DNA of 63,720 nucleotides, counting the filler, from Reticulomyxa filosa (taxonomy: Eukaryota; Protista; Foraminifera), in NCBI GenBank assembly GCA_000512085.1. It is 22 parts of 22 records of this genome, joined end to end, with 100 filler letters (N's around TTAATTAATTAA, not from the genome) between each part and the next. Parts side by side here need not be neighbours in the genome. Positions count along the whole stretch, not along the records: positions 12,444 to 13,853 come from ASPP01043247.1; positions 13,954 to 17,039 come from ASPP01018711.1; positions 17,140 to 18,527 come from ASPP01019028.1; positions 18,628 to 21,475 come from ASPP01011073.1; positions 21,576 to 23,877 come from ASPP01014235.1; positions 23,978 to 26,028 come from ASPP01003479.1; 16 more parts are not named here. One strand, written 5' to 3'. The notes under the pieces were generated by a model. The model was not told where the DNA came from and ran no database searches. It saw only the letters and a program-made list of their open reading frames with translations. Below are positions 12,444-24,644 of this stretch, in pieces. The stretch's first letter is position 1, and each line of letters opens with the position of its first letter. The position numbers and the translations under genes were made by a program.

Positions 12444-13465
12444 TGGCGAATTTGGTGGAAAGTTTATTAATTTTATATTATTTTTTTAAAACCAATCTAT
12501 TATATCTTTGCTTTTGTAACTAGTTGCATTATCTTGTTGGAACAACAAGTCTTTTTCATCATTTAGACAATATTGTATGATATTTAACATATAGTCTTTT
12601 AGTATTTCTTTATAAATTTCAGATTTAACGCCTCAATCTATTTTGCATGCATTTCCAACACACACGCCATGATACTGCATCCACCAAGTCTTGATCTTTT
12701 AATTATGCCACGATCTCCTAAGTCTTGATTTGGTCTTTTTCACGCATATTTGATGACATAAATTAATCTTTGTTTCATCTGAAAACATAACTTTCTTCCA
12801 ATCATCTACTATCCAACTTTTGTGTTCGTTGGCAAATTCAAGTCTTGCCTTAATATGATTTCTTCCAAATTGGCTTCTTCTTGGTGACAGCAATTAAACT
12901 ATTTCTTTTAAGCGCTCTTATTACTGTTGCATACGAAACTTTAGTTCATTATCGTTGTCTATATCTTTTGCTGCTTCAAACTTTCCAGAAACAAGCCACC
13001 TAACAATTTTACGCTGAGTATGCCCAGGAATTTTTTCAGACATGCCGGATCCAGTCTTTCTAGTTACAATTCATTTATCATGATAAAGGGTACGCCACAG
13101 TATTACAGATGCAGGACTAACACCAATTTTCTAGCAACTGATCTGATGCTAAATCCACCAATTAACATACCAACAGCAACTCCTTTCATAAAAAGACTAA
13201 TATGCTTTGCCATTTCAAATGACAAATGAACAATAAATTTCAAAGTGAAAAATATCAAAAGACAATCAAAGATATCACAACAAAAAAAAGGAAAAATAAA
13301 AATAAAAATAAAAAAATAAAATTAAAATATAAAAATTACAAGATTTGTAGATATTTTTTTTAAAATAAAAAAAAAATTAGGTCTAAATGTTGATTTTCCA
13401 TGGAGAAAATCAATTATCATCATAAGATATCGTTTTAGGCGTTCAGTTTTCTTTGCAACATACTG
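12444..13465 (-). mobile_element. Tc1 (DD34E-type) transposon: left TIR plus pseudogenised transposase
   Basis: TIR CAGTATGTTGCAAAG starts at 13465 next to TA. ATG at 13213 gives MAKHISLFMKGVAVGMLIGGFSIRSVARKL (HTH), then RLEFANEHKSWIVDDWKKVMFSDETKINL, LFQQDNATSYKSK and FPPNSP at the contig end. Stops and frameshifts are present. Confidence 0.93.
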
Positions 13466-13953
13466 TATGATGAAATAATGGAATAATTTACTGTGCTAAT
13501 CTTAAAGAAATTTACAGAAAAACTTAAAGACCAGCTGCCGAATGATCATCCCTCAAATAAACAGCCAGAAATACGAAATACATTACAGTCCAAGACAAAG
13601 TGACAGTGACGGAGTAGCAAACAAGCACAAGAAACAGGAAAGAAATGAGTACTGTCGAGTGGATAAACTATTAAATCTAAACACCTATCCAAGAATATAC
13701 ACAAAAATGCCGAATTTGAAGACAATGAGTTGATAGTAAAGGATTTGATGAAAAGCAATTGAGATTGCAAGATGATGATATTGACAAACAAATTTGTACA
13801 TTTTTTTTGAAAGAAAAAGAAAAACCATTAATAGTAAATACATTTTGTGTGCANNNNNNNNNNNNNNNNNNNNNNNNNNNNNNNNNNNNNNNNNNNNTTA
13901 ATTAATTAANNNNNNNNNNNNNNNNNNNNNNNNNNNNNNNNNNNNNNNNNNNN

Positions 13954-14007
13954 AATTATCATCATATGATATCGTTTTAGGCGTTCAGTTTTCTTTGCAA
14001 CATACTG
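13954..14007 (-). mobile_element. Tc1-family TIR end at contig start
   Basis: Nearly identical to 13412-13465, followed by TA. Confidence 0.88.
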
Positions 14008-15237
14008 TAATAATACTCGAAAAAATATCATCGAAATTAACTGATCACACATACAATTTACTCAATGTCCAAAAAATAGATTTTATTGTGATAACAGTGT
14101 CCAAAACTCATGTGCAAAAATACTACTTATAATATCACCAAAATTAAATAATGGACAATTGGATACTATAATTAAATATTTAAGCATAAACAAAAGGATT
14201 ACAATATCACACCAAGTTATTCTACAAAATTTCTGTTGACGATTCAGTCCACATCACTAAACATACTTAAGTATAATCAAAAATATTACACTGAAAACGT
14301 AAAAAACAAAAAACTGAATTTATTTTGAATCTTCATCAGGTGTAATTTGTTGGAAAATACTCACATAAAAGAGAAGAAAAAAATCTGGAACTGATCCCTT
14401 TTAGGAAATGACATTATTTAGGTCAGTTGTTATGTTGGATTTAAGAAAATTGATTCGTAATGTATTTTTCTTAACCAAAGAGATTTTTCTGAGAACTGTG
14501 CTAACTTTGATTGTTTTCTCAAGAAAAATCAAAATGACTGGCTTTTAAAGTAACTGTAAATTTCTTTAAGGCCAATGTTCCACAAGTGGATGAACATGAA
14601 AGGAGTGCTATCACGTACATAATTGTATTAAAAAACTATTAATAAATTTGACTCTTTCTTTTTTCTGAAAAATATTATTGCACAAAAAGGTATACCCAAT
14701 TATTACAAGATATGTTAAACGAATGTAGATATACAAGATTTAATATAATGTGATCTATTTTAGTTTTTGTCAATTAAAATTTCTCCTGTATTAACATAGT
14801 TTCGCTTTGTTCCAGTAAAAGGACATACATCTTATCAAAATGGCTTGTTAATGTTTTTTATCTCAGCCCACCAACTGTGGTTGATCCAATTAATTATTTG
14901 TTATTGTTAAAATAATTGGACTCATTTTCATGTATTTTTTGTCTGATGGAAATCAATGCAGCCCTTTTCGATGGAAACTCAAAGTTTAACATGTACATTT
15001 AAAATTTTTGTTTTCACTCGTATTCAAACATAGCAAATGGTTAACCATTTAAAAATTGTCTGTTTGAAAGAAAAAGAACAAGAAACAAAACAAAAAAGAG
15101 TACACTAAAGAACGAACAAACCACCCAAGGAAAATGGTAAAAAAAGCAAAACAAATTAAAAAAACAAATCGCAAATTTCGATTCATCCAAAATGTTTGAC
15201 ACTATCTATTATTTTTTCCGCATGATTGATATTGTGT

Positions 15238-15870
15238 TCACTTGGCATGTTTTTTGGTAAATTGTTTAGCGTTCTCCTGAAATTTCTTTGGATTTTTCAT
15301 CATTTCATCAGCAATTGCAGGTTCAACCGGGGAATCTGTAGTCGGATCTGCGAGCATTTGCTGAATCGTTTCAAGCACTGTAAAATATAGACCACACATA
15401 AAAAAAAAACGTGCAAAGCAAATATATTACACTCATTCCTTCAAAAAAAAAACCGACCATAGGACATATTGAGAACAGGAGCCCAATTTTTTCCAAGAAT
15501 CTCGGCACACACTTTCCCATCTGTTTGGCTTACCGAAGGATGATAGATCTTTGTTAAAAATGTCAGTTCAGGAGGTTTCATTGGATATTCACTTGGAATG
15601 TCTATTTGAACTTTAAATTTTCCACCTTCATAAGGACTCTCTTTCTTCAATGCAACATACACCATTCACATATATACAACTACTTACAAAGAAGAAAAAG
15701 TCTTTTTTTATGTATTCTTAAACTGGTCCTTGGATTTTTGCTACCCATTTAAGCATGTTATCTCCTTCTGGTCCTGCTTCAGCATATGGAAGAGGTTGCT
15801 TCTTCAATTTCGCTACTTCTTTTTGCAGACGTTTCACTGCTTTTGTATTATCCGTTTCGGCTTGTGCCAT
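15238..15870 (-). CDS. Ubiquitin-conjugating enzyme E2 (UBE2L3/UBC4-like); exons 15870-15724, 15644-15457 and 15377-15238
   Basis: KRLQKE, GPKESPYEGGKF, YPMKPP, TKIYHPSVSQTDGKVC (active-site Cys) and NWAP; both GT-AG introns are in frame. Confidence 0.95.
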
Positions 15871-16252
15871 TTTCTTTTTTATCAAATACTCAAAATATTC
15901 AAACCAATATTCTTCCAAAAGGATTTTTCAAGCAAAACTAACTTTTAAAAAATTATTCATTTAAAATAAGCTTTTAAGATATCGATATTGTCACAAAGAA
16001 TTAAGCACAAGCTTTATTTTGTCCTTGTAGATATTTATATTTAACTTCTTGAAATTTGCTATTTAACTCACGAGAATGTTCATTTAAATGCCTAAGAATG
16101 CAAAGTATATTAAACTAAAAGTTATTTGTGTCGCATTGTGCTGAAGTTGCAAAACGTTACAACCAAATTAAAATGGAATCTTGAGCTCCTTTTTTTACAG
16201 AAGATTGACATCTTCAATCAAAACTAATTGTGAGATATTGAGGGTGAGCAAG

Positions 16253-16683
16253 ATGGGAAGCATAGTCTCGTCGAGTAAAAGTTCTGAAATATTACAAAGA
16301 GATAAAATTATTACTTTAACTGTCGTTGCTGGAGAAGAATTTGCACAAGATTGGATTGTTAAGTCAACGGATACATTGAGTATCATTATTCCACAGATCG
16401 ACCAAGCCTTAAACCGGCATCAAGCTGAACAATATCAAAGACAAGAGCATATGGACAAAGGAATAAAGATATTAAAACTGATTTGAAGGAAGAATGGAGG
16501 GTCGGTCGTATAGTCAATGGTTTCCCAATCAATAATAACGATTCTATTCGAGCAGTGGATGCACTGAAACTATACAAAATGGCACATTTGGGATTTTTGT
16601 ATAATCTAGATGGCTGCTCTTCGAATCCTCGAGTGACCATGCATATTACCGTTGAAAAGGTCAACTTAAATGAGAATGCCTGA
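16253..16683 (+). CDS. Hypothetical protein with an MGxxxS N-myristoylation-like start; frameshift or non-canonical intron near 16450-16488
   Basis: MGSIVSS start; two abutting ORFs in different frames (16181-16486 and 16483-16683). Confidence 0.4.
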
Positions 16684-17554
16684 TATGATCAAACTCTCAC
16701 AAAATTAGAAAATTACAAATCAAGTGTTCCTAAAAAAAACAGAGTCCCCAGAAACCCCTCCAACAAAAATATTTTTTTTTGACACTCTAAAAATTTTTTT
16801 TACCTTCATTCTACTTCCTTTGTTTGCTGCTGATATCTTTTTTGATGTCACAAAAAAATATTGTTATCAGTTGTTCGTTTTTTTTTTTTTTTGCTTGTTT
16901 ATTTATTGTTTTGATACTCTCATGTTTAAATTGTTACGTATAAACATGAAAACAGCCAATATTTTTCATGATGAAAAAAAAATGTCAAATACAACTCAAA
17001 AAGTACATGTTCACTTTTTTTCTTCATGGATACGGTTTTNNNNNNNNNNNNNNNNNNNNNNNNNNNNNNNNNNNNNNNNNNNNTTAATTAATTAANNNNN
17101 NNNNNNNNNNNNNNNNNNNNNNNNNNNNNNNNNNNNNNNAAACATCAGCTATTCATAACACGTCCACTAGTTTCCAACTGCAGCAAAACCGTAATTGTGC
17201 AATAATTGGAACAATGCAATCCCAAAAGAAATATATATTTAAGACTTGCAAGCGGCAGTCTGGAAAATGGTCGTCTGCACGAAGAGGTAGCTGTTGATTC
17301 AAATCAAACATAATTTATGTTTGCAATAAAAAAAAACAAAAACAAAGACAAGAACAGACATACATAATTGTTTTTTAATGCATGTTGATATTGAACTTGT
17401 GCTAATACCGCACGATAAAAAACAAAAAATAGTCAGCCATTCGTCCTATAATAATGATAACAGCACAATACATTGTTATTATTATAGTATAATATAAATA
17501 TAAAAAATTCTTTTTAACGTACCCAATAATTTGCACAAAGGATGTCATACGACT

Positions 17555-18065
17555 ATGTCATTTTGGTCAATACGGCTTTAGCTTGGCCACTTTTATAATT
17601 GCCTTTTCCATCACTAGTTGCAGCTCTCAATCGTCCTGGGTGATCTTGAACAAATACCAAATCATTAAATTTGGCTGCTTGTTTTGATGAGCTAGGATCT
17701 GCAGTAGAGTCATGCAACGCACATTAAATCACTAGTGCGTTTCATATTTTCTTTTTTCAAGTTTACACCTACATTGCCACCAGCTTCGGCTTTGTCGACT
17801 GTTTTGTGGTGCATTTCAATAAAAAAAAATGCTGTTCGTTGGATAAAAATGAACAGGGACATCAAGGAGTGTTGTTCCTTGTTCAATACGTCCAGTGACC
17901 ACATCATCAAATCCTTTAATGTTATAAATACAACTGATCGATTTGATTTCCTCAAAGCGATCTTGAGCGTGGTTGATTGAAGGACAATCCATTTTGCTCA
18001 CACATGCTATCAATTATTCAATTCCTAGCAAATGGCACAATCGAGCATGCTGTCGAGCTTGTCCT
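17555..18065 (-). pseudogene. EFL: EFL (EF1-alpha-like) pseudogene fragments with internal deletions
   Basis: ARQHARLCHLLGIE*LIACVSKMD, ISCIYNIKGFDDVVTGRIEQG, IEMHHKTVDKAEAGGNVG and the EFL-type VFVQDHPGRL; stops, frameshifts and missing blocks. Confidence 0.8.
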
Positions 18066-18185
18066 TGAATTTCTCTATTTTTTTTTTTTAAAGATAAAAA
18101 AAAAATTATTACATCTTTTTTTTTTCACACAAACATACTCTTTTTTGTGGCTTCCTTTCTCAATTAATGTTTCAAATTTAATAAA

Positions 18186-18378
18186 GTTTAACTTCTTGGC
18201 ATCCGAATCGCTCAGCACCAAAAGTGATAACTTGGCCATCAGGTAATTTGTGGTTTCCCTCTAAATCGCCGGATGTCTCAAATTTCTTCAATTGATTATC
18301 ATAGTTTAAAGCAACACAGGACCGCATAATTTCATTCTCCGCTGTGGCTGTGAAGGAATATCTTCTTTCCATTAATTT
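18186..18378 (-). pseudogene. ACT: Actin pseudogene fragment (about residues 193-260)
   Basis: ERRYSFTATAENEIMR..CVALNYD...KLPDGQVITFGAERFGCQE versus actin [29 protein letters not shown]...ELPDGQVITIGNERFRCPE. Confidence 0.88.
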
Positions 18379-18627
18379 TTTCCAATTGTCCAGTCTTGTG
18401 CTAGACTACATGGACCACATACTTGCCAAGCAGAATCACCTGATCTTTTTTGACTGCTGGCTCAATGGTTGAGTTATTGTTCTTCGTTTTGTTATGTCTT
18501 TGAATATTCTGTCGTTGAGTTGACTTCNNNNNNNNNNNNNNNNNNNNNNNNNNNNNNNNNNNNNNNNNNNNTTAATTAATTAANNNNNNNNNNNNNNNNN
18601 NNNNNNNNNNNNNNNNNNNNNNNNNNN

Positions 18628-18681
18628 CAATTATCATCATAAGATATGTTTTATGCGTTCAGTTTTCTTTGTAACATACTG
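18628..18681 (-). mobile_element. Tc1-family TIR end at contig start
   Basis: caattatcatcataagatatgttttatgcgttcagttttctttgtaacatactg|TA; matches the copies at 2626 and 13465. Confidence 0.85.
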
Positions 18682-19748
18682 TATAACTTTATCAGTGACA
18701 GTAAGAAAATGCATTACTATAGGTAAATTAAAATGTAAAAAATGTGTTCAGATTTTAGCGGATCACATTTAGTTAAATACACTCAAACAATTTCTAAGTC
18801 GTTACAACGACTACCTTTTCAAAGAATTACGATTTGTTTTTCTATTTAATGAATATAATATCAATAAAATGCTTTACCTTGAAAATGTATTTGAGAATTC
18901 ATTGATTGCAAGTATGGTAGTTTCTGTTTTGTTTCTAAGTATTATTTTTTTACGAAATAAAAATTGTTAGCATTACCATATATGGAAATAATTACGAAAT
19001 AGAATTGATGTAATTACAATAGTATAATTTTTTGGTTTTCTCGTTTATTATAAACACTTTTTTCATAATAAAAACAGATATATAAAAGAATGTATATTGA
19101 GATGTTGATTGAATAGATTACAGTATGAAAACTAACAAAAAGATCAAGTTGTTTGATTGAAAATTGACATATATTTCGTGTTATATTTCATGCAAGGTTC
19201 AGTATTGCGGCATATCACATTGTAGTTATTCACATTAGTTTTTGTACAAATTTTACGATCGTGGTTAAGGTCTTCAAATGTTCTCCAAAAAATTGACAAA
19301 CTGTAATGTATTGAAAATATTTTATCCTGGAAAATAGTTTAAATATTACTTGACAATATGACAAAAAAGATCTTTTATAATAATATCAAGAATAACATTT
19401 TTATTCATTAAATATTGTCATCATAAAAAAAAATTGACAAATTTATCTATTAGAATGATAGTCTTACAACACAATAACATATCACAAACAAATGTAACCA
19501 ATTATTAAAGATAAAACCTTTGCAATATTATGCAATATTAAATATATCACAATGACCTTAGAGTATGTATTGTCTTATTGTGACAAGCAACTTTAGCCTT
19601 CATTTTACTTTGAATATACCACGATGTGTGTCAGTTATGCATCATTTACGTTTATATGATAAAATTATAAAAGATGTCACCCCTCCACTTTTTTTTGTAG
19701 TCGAGGTACCTTTGAACTTAATTAATCCAAATTGAGATTAAGAACAAT

Positions 19749-21395
19749 ATGACATCTTTGGACAGGTCTTCAAAAGATAAAATGTCTCATAATCATGAAA
19801 CAACCGAACAAGCGAATTTGAATGATCACACAAAAGTCAAATCTGCAAATGCGAAGCCTGGACTGGAACATATGGACTCCACACCAAATATGTCAGACAG
19901 TGACAATGATTCCAAAATTCAGACTCTGGGCTCTATTGAACACAAGAACTCATCAACAAGTGTCACTCAAGACTTTTATCATCAAAGGAATTCAACATTG
20001 GGAGAAGCCCGGCGTCGTTTACAAGTTGGGTGCACAAAACATACAAAACAGATTGAGTATTTCATGAAATGAATTTTTTTGAAACGTATAACAAAAATTT
20101 TTTTGTTATTTGGTCTTTGATTGGCTTTATAATGTAAAACAATAAAACATTTTTTTCGCAAAAAAAAAAGCTTGCACTTTTGACATAAAAAAAAATTTTT
20201 TAATGAAGTTTACCAAGTTTAAAATTAGCCAAAAAAAAAAAAAAAAAAAATTTTAGTGTAACTTCCTTTTTTTTTTTAATGGATATGATAACAAAAACAA
20301 AGGAACTTCTTTGGCAAAACAATCTGATGGATGAACTATCAGAAGATCGTTTGGAAGATTTAATGAGCAACATTGAAGGTGCAATTTGTGGAGAAGATGT
20401 TCTGATCCCAGAAGACCTATTGGAGTTTGGAATGTATTTATCGTCAAACGAGAGCACATTGCAACAAAAAGCAATCGAATTATTTAAACAAAATTTCAAA
20501 GCAAGACCCGATGACAAAGATGACGATGACAGTAACGGCAGAGGATATATTCGCAGCAAATTAGGAGAAATGTATCGACCGATTAATGGAGATCTGATTG
20601 TGGATATCATTTGTGATGCGATAACAGCAAACGAAGGACAAGAACAAATCTATGACTTGATTCAATTACTTGGTATCACTGGACAAGTGTGTACTTTACG
20701 CCATGGATTTACAAGGATTTTCGAACTCTACAACTGGGCTCTCACCAGAGAAGGTTTTGTATTCAATATCCTTTTTTTTTTCTCCCCACAATCCTCCCGC
20801 GTTATGCTGATATATGTGTATATATCACAGACGAGGAGAAGGGACAGGCAATTATGCCCTCTGCAGAACAACAAGCATTGGCAAATGCCATTCTTGAGGC
20901 TGCAACACAAACCGTAATATTGAAAGGACCTGATATTTATCTATCGTCCTCTACCGAATGTACAGGTATGACACGTGATTTATTCCCCTCTCTTGAGTCC
21001 ACATGTGAAGCATAGAACATAGAACAACCATGCAAGTGACGTCATCGAAACAAATACATGAACACACATTGACAGTTTTGCCAGATATTGCATTCGCGAG
21101 ATTACCCAAAGGGTGGTCATTCAGCTTTTGGATGAAACTTGGCAACAACTGTGAAGAAAATTTATATGACGTTTTTTATTTTCAAAACGACACCAACGCC
21201 AGAGGTTTGAGAATTGCTTTGGAAGTCACCCGAATTGCTGCAATGGGCGCTTTCTCATTTGGATTTGTGGTTCAACCTCTGCCGTTAGAAGATCACACTA
21301 AAATATCACCGATGAAATCCCAACGAATCACTCAGAGTGTCAACTTAGTCGTTGGAAGATGGCATTTTATTGTGTTGACACAATTACAAGCGCGG
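19749..21395 (+). CDS. Large multi-exon protein, 5' part, with helical region and ConA/LamG-like domain (BEACH/neurobeachin-like N-terminus)
   Basis: Chained ORFs at 19749, 20279, 20689 and 21030; LamG-like GWSFSFWMKL...VFYF...LVVGRWHFIVLT. No BEACH domain is visible because the contig is truncated. Confidence 0.5.
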
Positions 21396-21604
21396 TTATT
21401 TATTTGTTTTTTATTTTCCGTCACTTATTTTTTTTTTTTTTTTTACGTTTTGGTTGAAAATTGTGATCGAAACATNNNNNNNNNNNNNNNNNNNNNNNNN
21501 NNNNNNNNNNNNNNNNNNNTTAATTAATTAANNNNNNNNNNNNNNNNNNNNNNNNNNNNNNNNNNNNNNNNNNNNAAAAAAAAAAAAAAGATATATGATT
21601 GAAC

Positions 21605-21863
21605 CTTTTGCACTGAGTAATGCAAACAGTCATCAATCACTTGCTTCACTTCTTTTACTAAATGGGGCACTGCTGTTGTCATTGGACATGGGCAGTTTTC
21701 ATAATCCCAAAATACTGTTACCAAAGATGCCCTTTCATCTTCCTATTTTTTTTTTTCCCCCCCAAATATTCATATTTTTTTTTTTTGAGCAGGGATAGGC
21801 CACAGAGAAGAAAAAGGGGGAGGAAAAAAAATTCCTCACTGGAATGATCCTCTCTTGTTCCAT
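21605..21863 (-). CDS. NYN (PIN-like, MARF1/limkain-b1 type) domain protein, 5' part
   Basis: MEQERIIP|EDERASLVTVFWDYENCPCP matches the NYN VFWDxENC motif. Confidence 0.8.
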
Positions 21864-22954
21864 GGAGGGGCTGATTTATTGCAATTCTTCCAGTAAATGT
21901 TTTTGAATAAAGCCAAAAGAATGAATTAATTATCCAAGAAACTTGGAATTTAACCAAGATTTCCACGACTATTTGCTCTGATTGAAATGATTTTTCCCGC
22001 TCTTAAAAAAAAAGGGACTGTAACAAACCATTCCTTTTATTTGTACAGTACTTTTATCTTTCATTGTATTCCAGATAACAGTGAAAAAATTGAAAGACAT
22101 GATCTTTTTTTAAAAAATAAAATTTTTGATCATCTTGACCAAAAAAAAAATCGGAGATCTTGTACCGTAACTAAGGATTGTAAACATAAAAGGAAACAAG
22201 AGCCATATTTAATGCAATTAGCATAGCGATGTGTTACCGCGTTTTCAACAACCACATCAACCTTTTTCTCTTCCAAAAAAAAAATTATTATTATTCTTAA
22301 TGTACTTGCTTTATTTATAACTTTATCACATAACATAAAAAAGACTTTTATTTATCACATAAACAAATACATTATTAAAGACATAAAAAGTAAAATTATT
22401 GGTCATATTATCCAAAGCACGTTTTACAAACACAAATTAATAAAACACACAAATATTAGTATCTCCATATAAAAAAGCGTTCCATGTCCAATATTGTTAT
22501 TTCTATTTACCAGATTTAAAGCTCGCAAGAGCTTTTCTTCTTTTTCCAATAGTATTTTGATAAGTATACTTTAATAACAACTTGCAGCTTCTTACTGTCT
22601 TTGTCTTTTTGATGTATTGCCACCACAATCGTTTCGCCATCGTGTTTATTTTCGAAAAGCAGCAAATGGTTCTTGTCTCTGTCACACGTAGATGAAAAAA
22701 GATAGCCAATTTTTTACTGTCATCAAATAAATAATTCACTAGCGTTCATTAATAACATAAACTTCATCCGACATATGAACAGCACCAAAAGAACAGATTT
22801 CAGCCTATTAAAAAAAAGAATTTTTTTTTTTTTGGATATACGTATAAAAAAAATGTCTTCGCTTGCACGCGCCAAAAAAAAGATATAGAAGAAAAAAAAA
22901 AAAGTAGAAACAAACTTCTATTTAGGCAAGTATTCGATCACTTGACAATAAGAA

Positions 22955-23710
22955 CACACCTTTCAAATTTGTGGAAATGTATTGCACCTTCCAAAATCTT
23001 TTGCAACGTTGACGCAGATGCGCTGGTCGGTAGCAACGGCTTGACCTTATGTACTAGACAAGTCTTCCATAGTAAATTATAAGGCGCATTGTCAAATGCC
23101 ACAATTCCCAACGAGTTTGTCAGTACAAAACTACTCTTCGTAACTTCCGACCACTTGTGTAGATTGTTCAATCATTGCTGAAAATACAGTCCAGCGATCC
23201 GTTGAGCCAGAGACAAACCATTCTTGCGTTTCACTTATGTCGAGTTGCGACCGTGAGCGTAGTTCGTACGCAGTACCTTTTTCAATTTTTATTGACTTAC
23301 GTAATGTTGCTTTTTTTTTTCCAATCTACCACACTTGTTCTAAGTTCACAACTGCCGGATACTGTTCAAAAAAACTAACTTTGAAAGATTCCTTCGTAGT
23401 CGCACTCCTGCACAACCAATTCATTCATATCCTTTGCCCCACACGAGAAAATCTTTAAATTTCTGCAATACCTCATTTCTAACATTACTTGAAGGGGGCT
23501 ACCACTAGATCAAACAAAATAAGGTGAACGAAAACATCAATTTTCGCAATAATTACTTCCAAAAGCATGATCTTTGTCACAATCAAGCAAAGAAAATCTT
23601 ACTGAAAATAGAACAAATCAAGAAAATAAAAGCAATAAATTATTTTCTCAACATGTTCCAGAAAATACTTTACATTTGGATAATTCTTTCGACAACAATC
23701 AACTAGCATT
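22955..23710 (-). pseudogene. Coding-like multi-exon remnant of unknown family with in-frame stops
   Basis: Coding-like composition and plausible GT-AG introns; one frame reads ...ST*VKRKNGLSLAQRIAGLYFQQ*LNNLHKW... Confidence 0.3.
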
Positions 23711-23977
23711 GTAAATCAAAAAGTATTTGGGTGATGTGATTAGAATCAGTTAGAGTAATGATTGTAACATGAATGTAATTGAAAATTTGCGGGCATTGGT
23801 AAAAGGTATAATTTTTCTAAATTATTTATGAATGATAAAATGTAATAATCTTGTTATTTGATTGAAATTTGAAAAAANNNNNNNNNNNNNNNNNNNNNNN
23901 NNNNNNNNNNNNNNNNNNNNNTTAATTAATTAANNNNNNNNNNNNNNNNNNNNNNNNNNNNNNNNNNNNNNNNNNNN

Positions 23978-24644
23978 ATAGAATAATTCGTCTATGGGAT
24001 ATTGAAACATCAAAATCATTACATGTTTTCAATGGGCATGAACGTGGTGTTTTATGTGTTGATATTTCGCCATTACAAAGCAATAACAAAAATGATAATA
24101 ATAATAAAATGAATAATATTGGTGTGATTGGTGGAAATGGATATACAATTTGTTCTGGATCATGGGATAATACCATTCGAATATGGGATATTGAAACAAC
24201 CAAACAATTTAATGTACTCAAAGGACATATAAGTACTGTGAGGAGTGTAAAATATGGACCAAATGAATTATCACATACAATATTACTGGATCATATGATA
24301 GAAGTGTTCGTTTATGGGATATTCGATCTGGTCAACAAATTCAAGTATTCAATGGACATACAAGTTATGTGTATGCTGTTGAATATTCACCATTTATAAT
24401 AAAGAATAGTAGTGTTAATTTGAATGCGATATGTTCTGGATCAATTGATAATACAATTCGTTTTTGAGATATTCGATCAAATAAAAATGAATTGTATATG
24501 ATCAAAGGTGATTATAAAGAAGATAATGGAATATATTGTCTTAAATTTATTGGATTGAAAAAAAAAGACAATACAAAGAATGTTACACATAATCTGGATC
24601 TGTGTTATGGTTCAGTTAATGGTCGCATTCGTATTTGGGGATAA
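23978..24644 (+). pseudogene. WD40-repeat pseudogene (foraminiferan expanded-family type), 3' part
   Basis: IRLWDIETSKSLHVFNGH, GVIGGNGYTICSGSWDNTIRIWD, SVRLWDIRSGQQIQVFNGH, CYGSVNGRIRIWG*. Frameshift at ~24285 and TGA in place of Trp at 24465. Confidence 0.9.

Noticed and set aside
24465-24467. TGA at conserved Trp positions (WD40 at 24465, TLDc at 35820), suggesting UGA=Trp recoding
   Set aside because: Both genes also have frameshifts, TGA is the true stop of PARG and the E2 gene, and intact genes use TGG. Simple pseudogene decay explains it.
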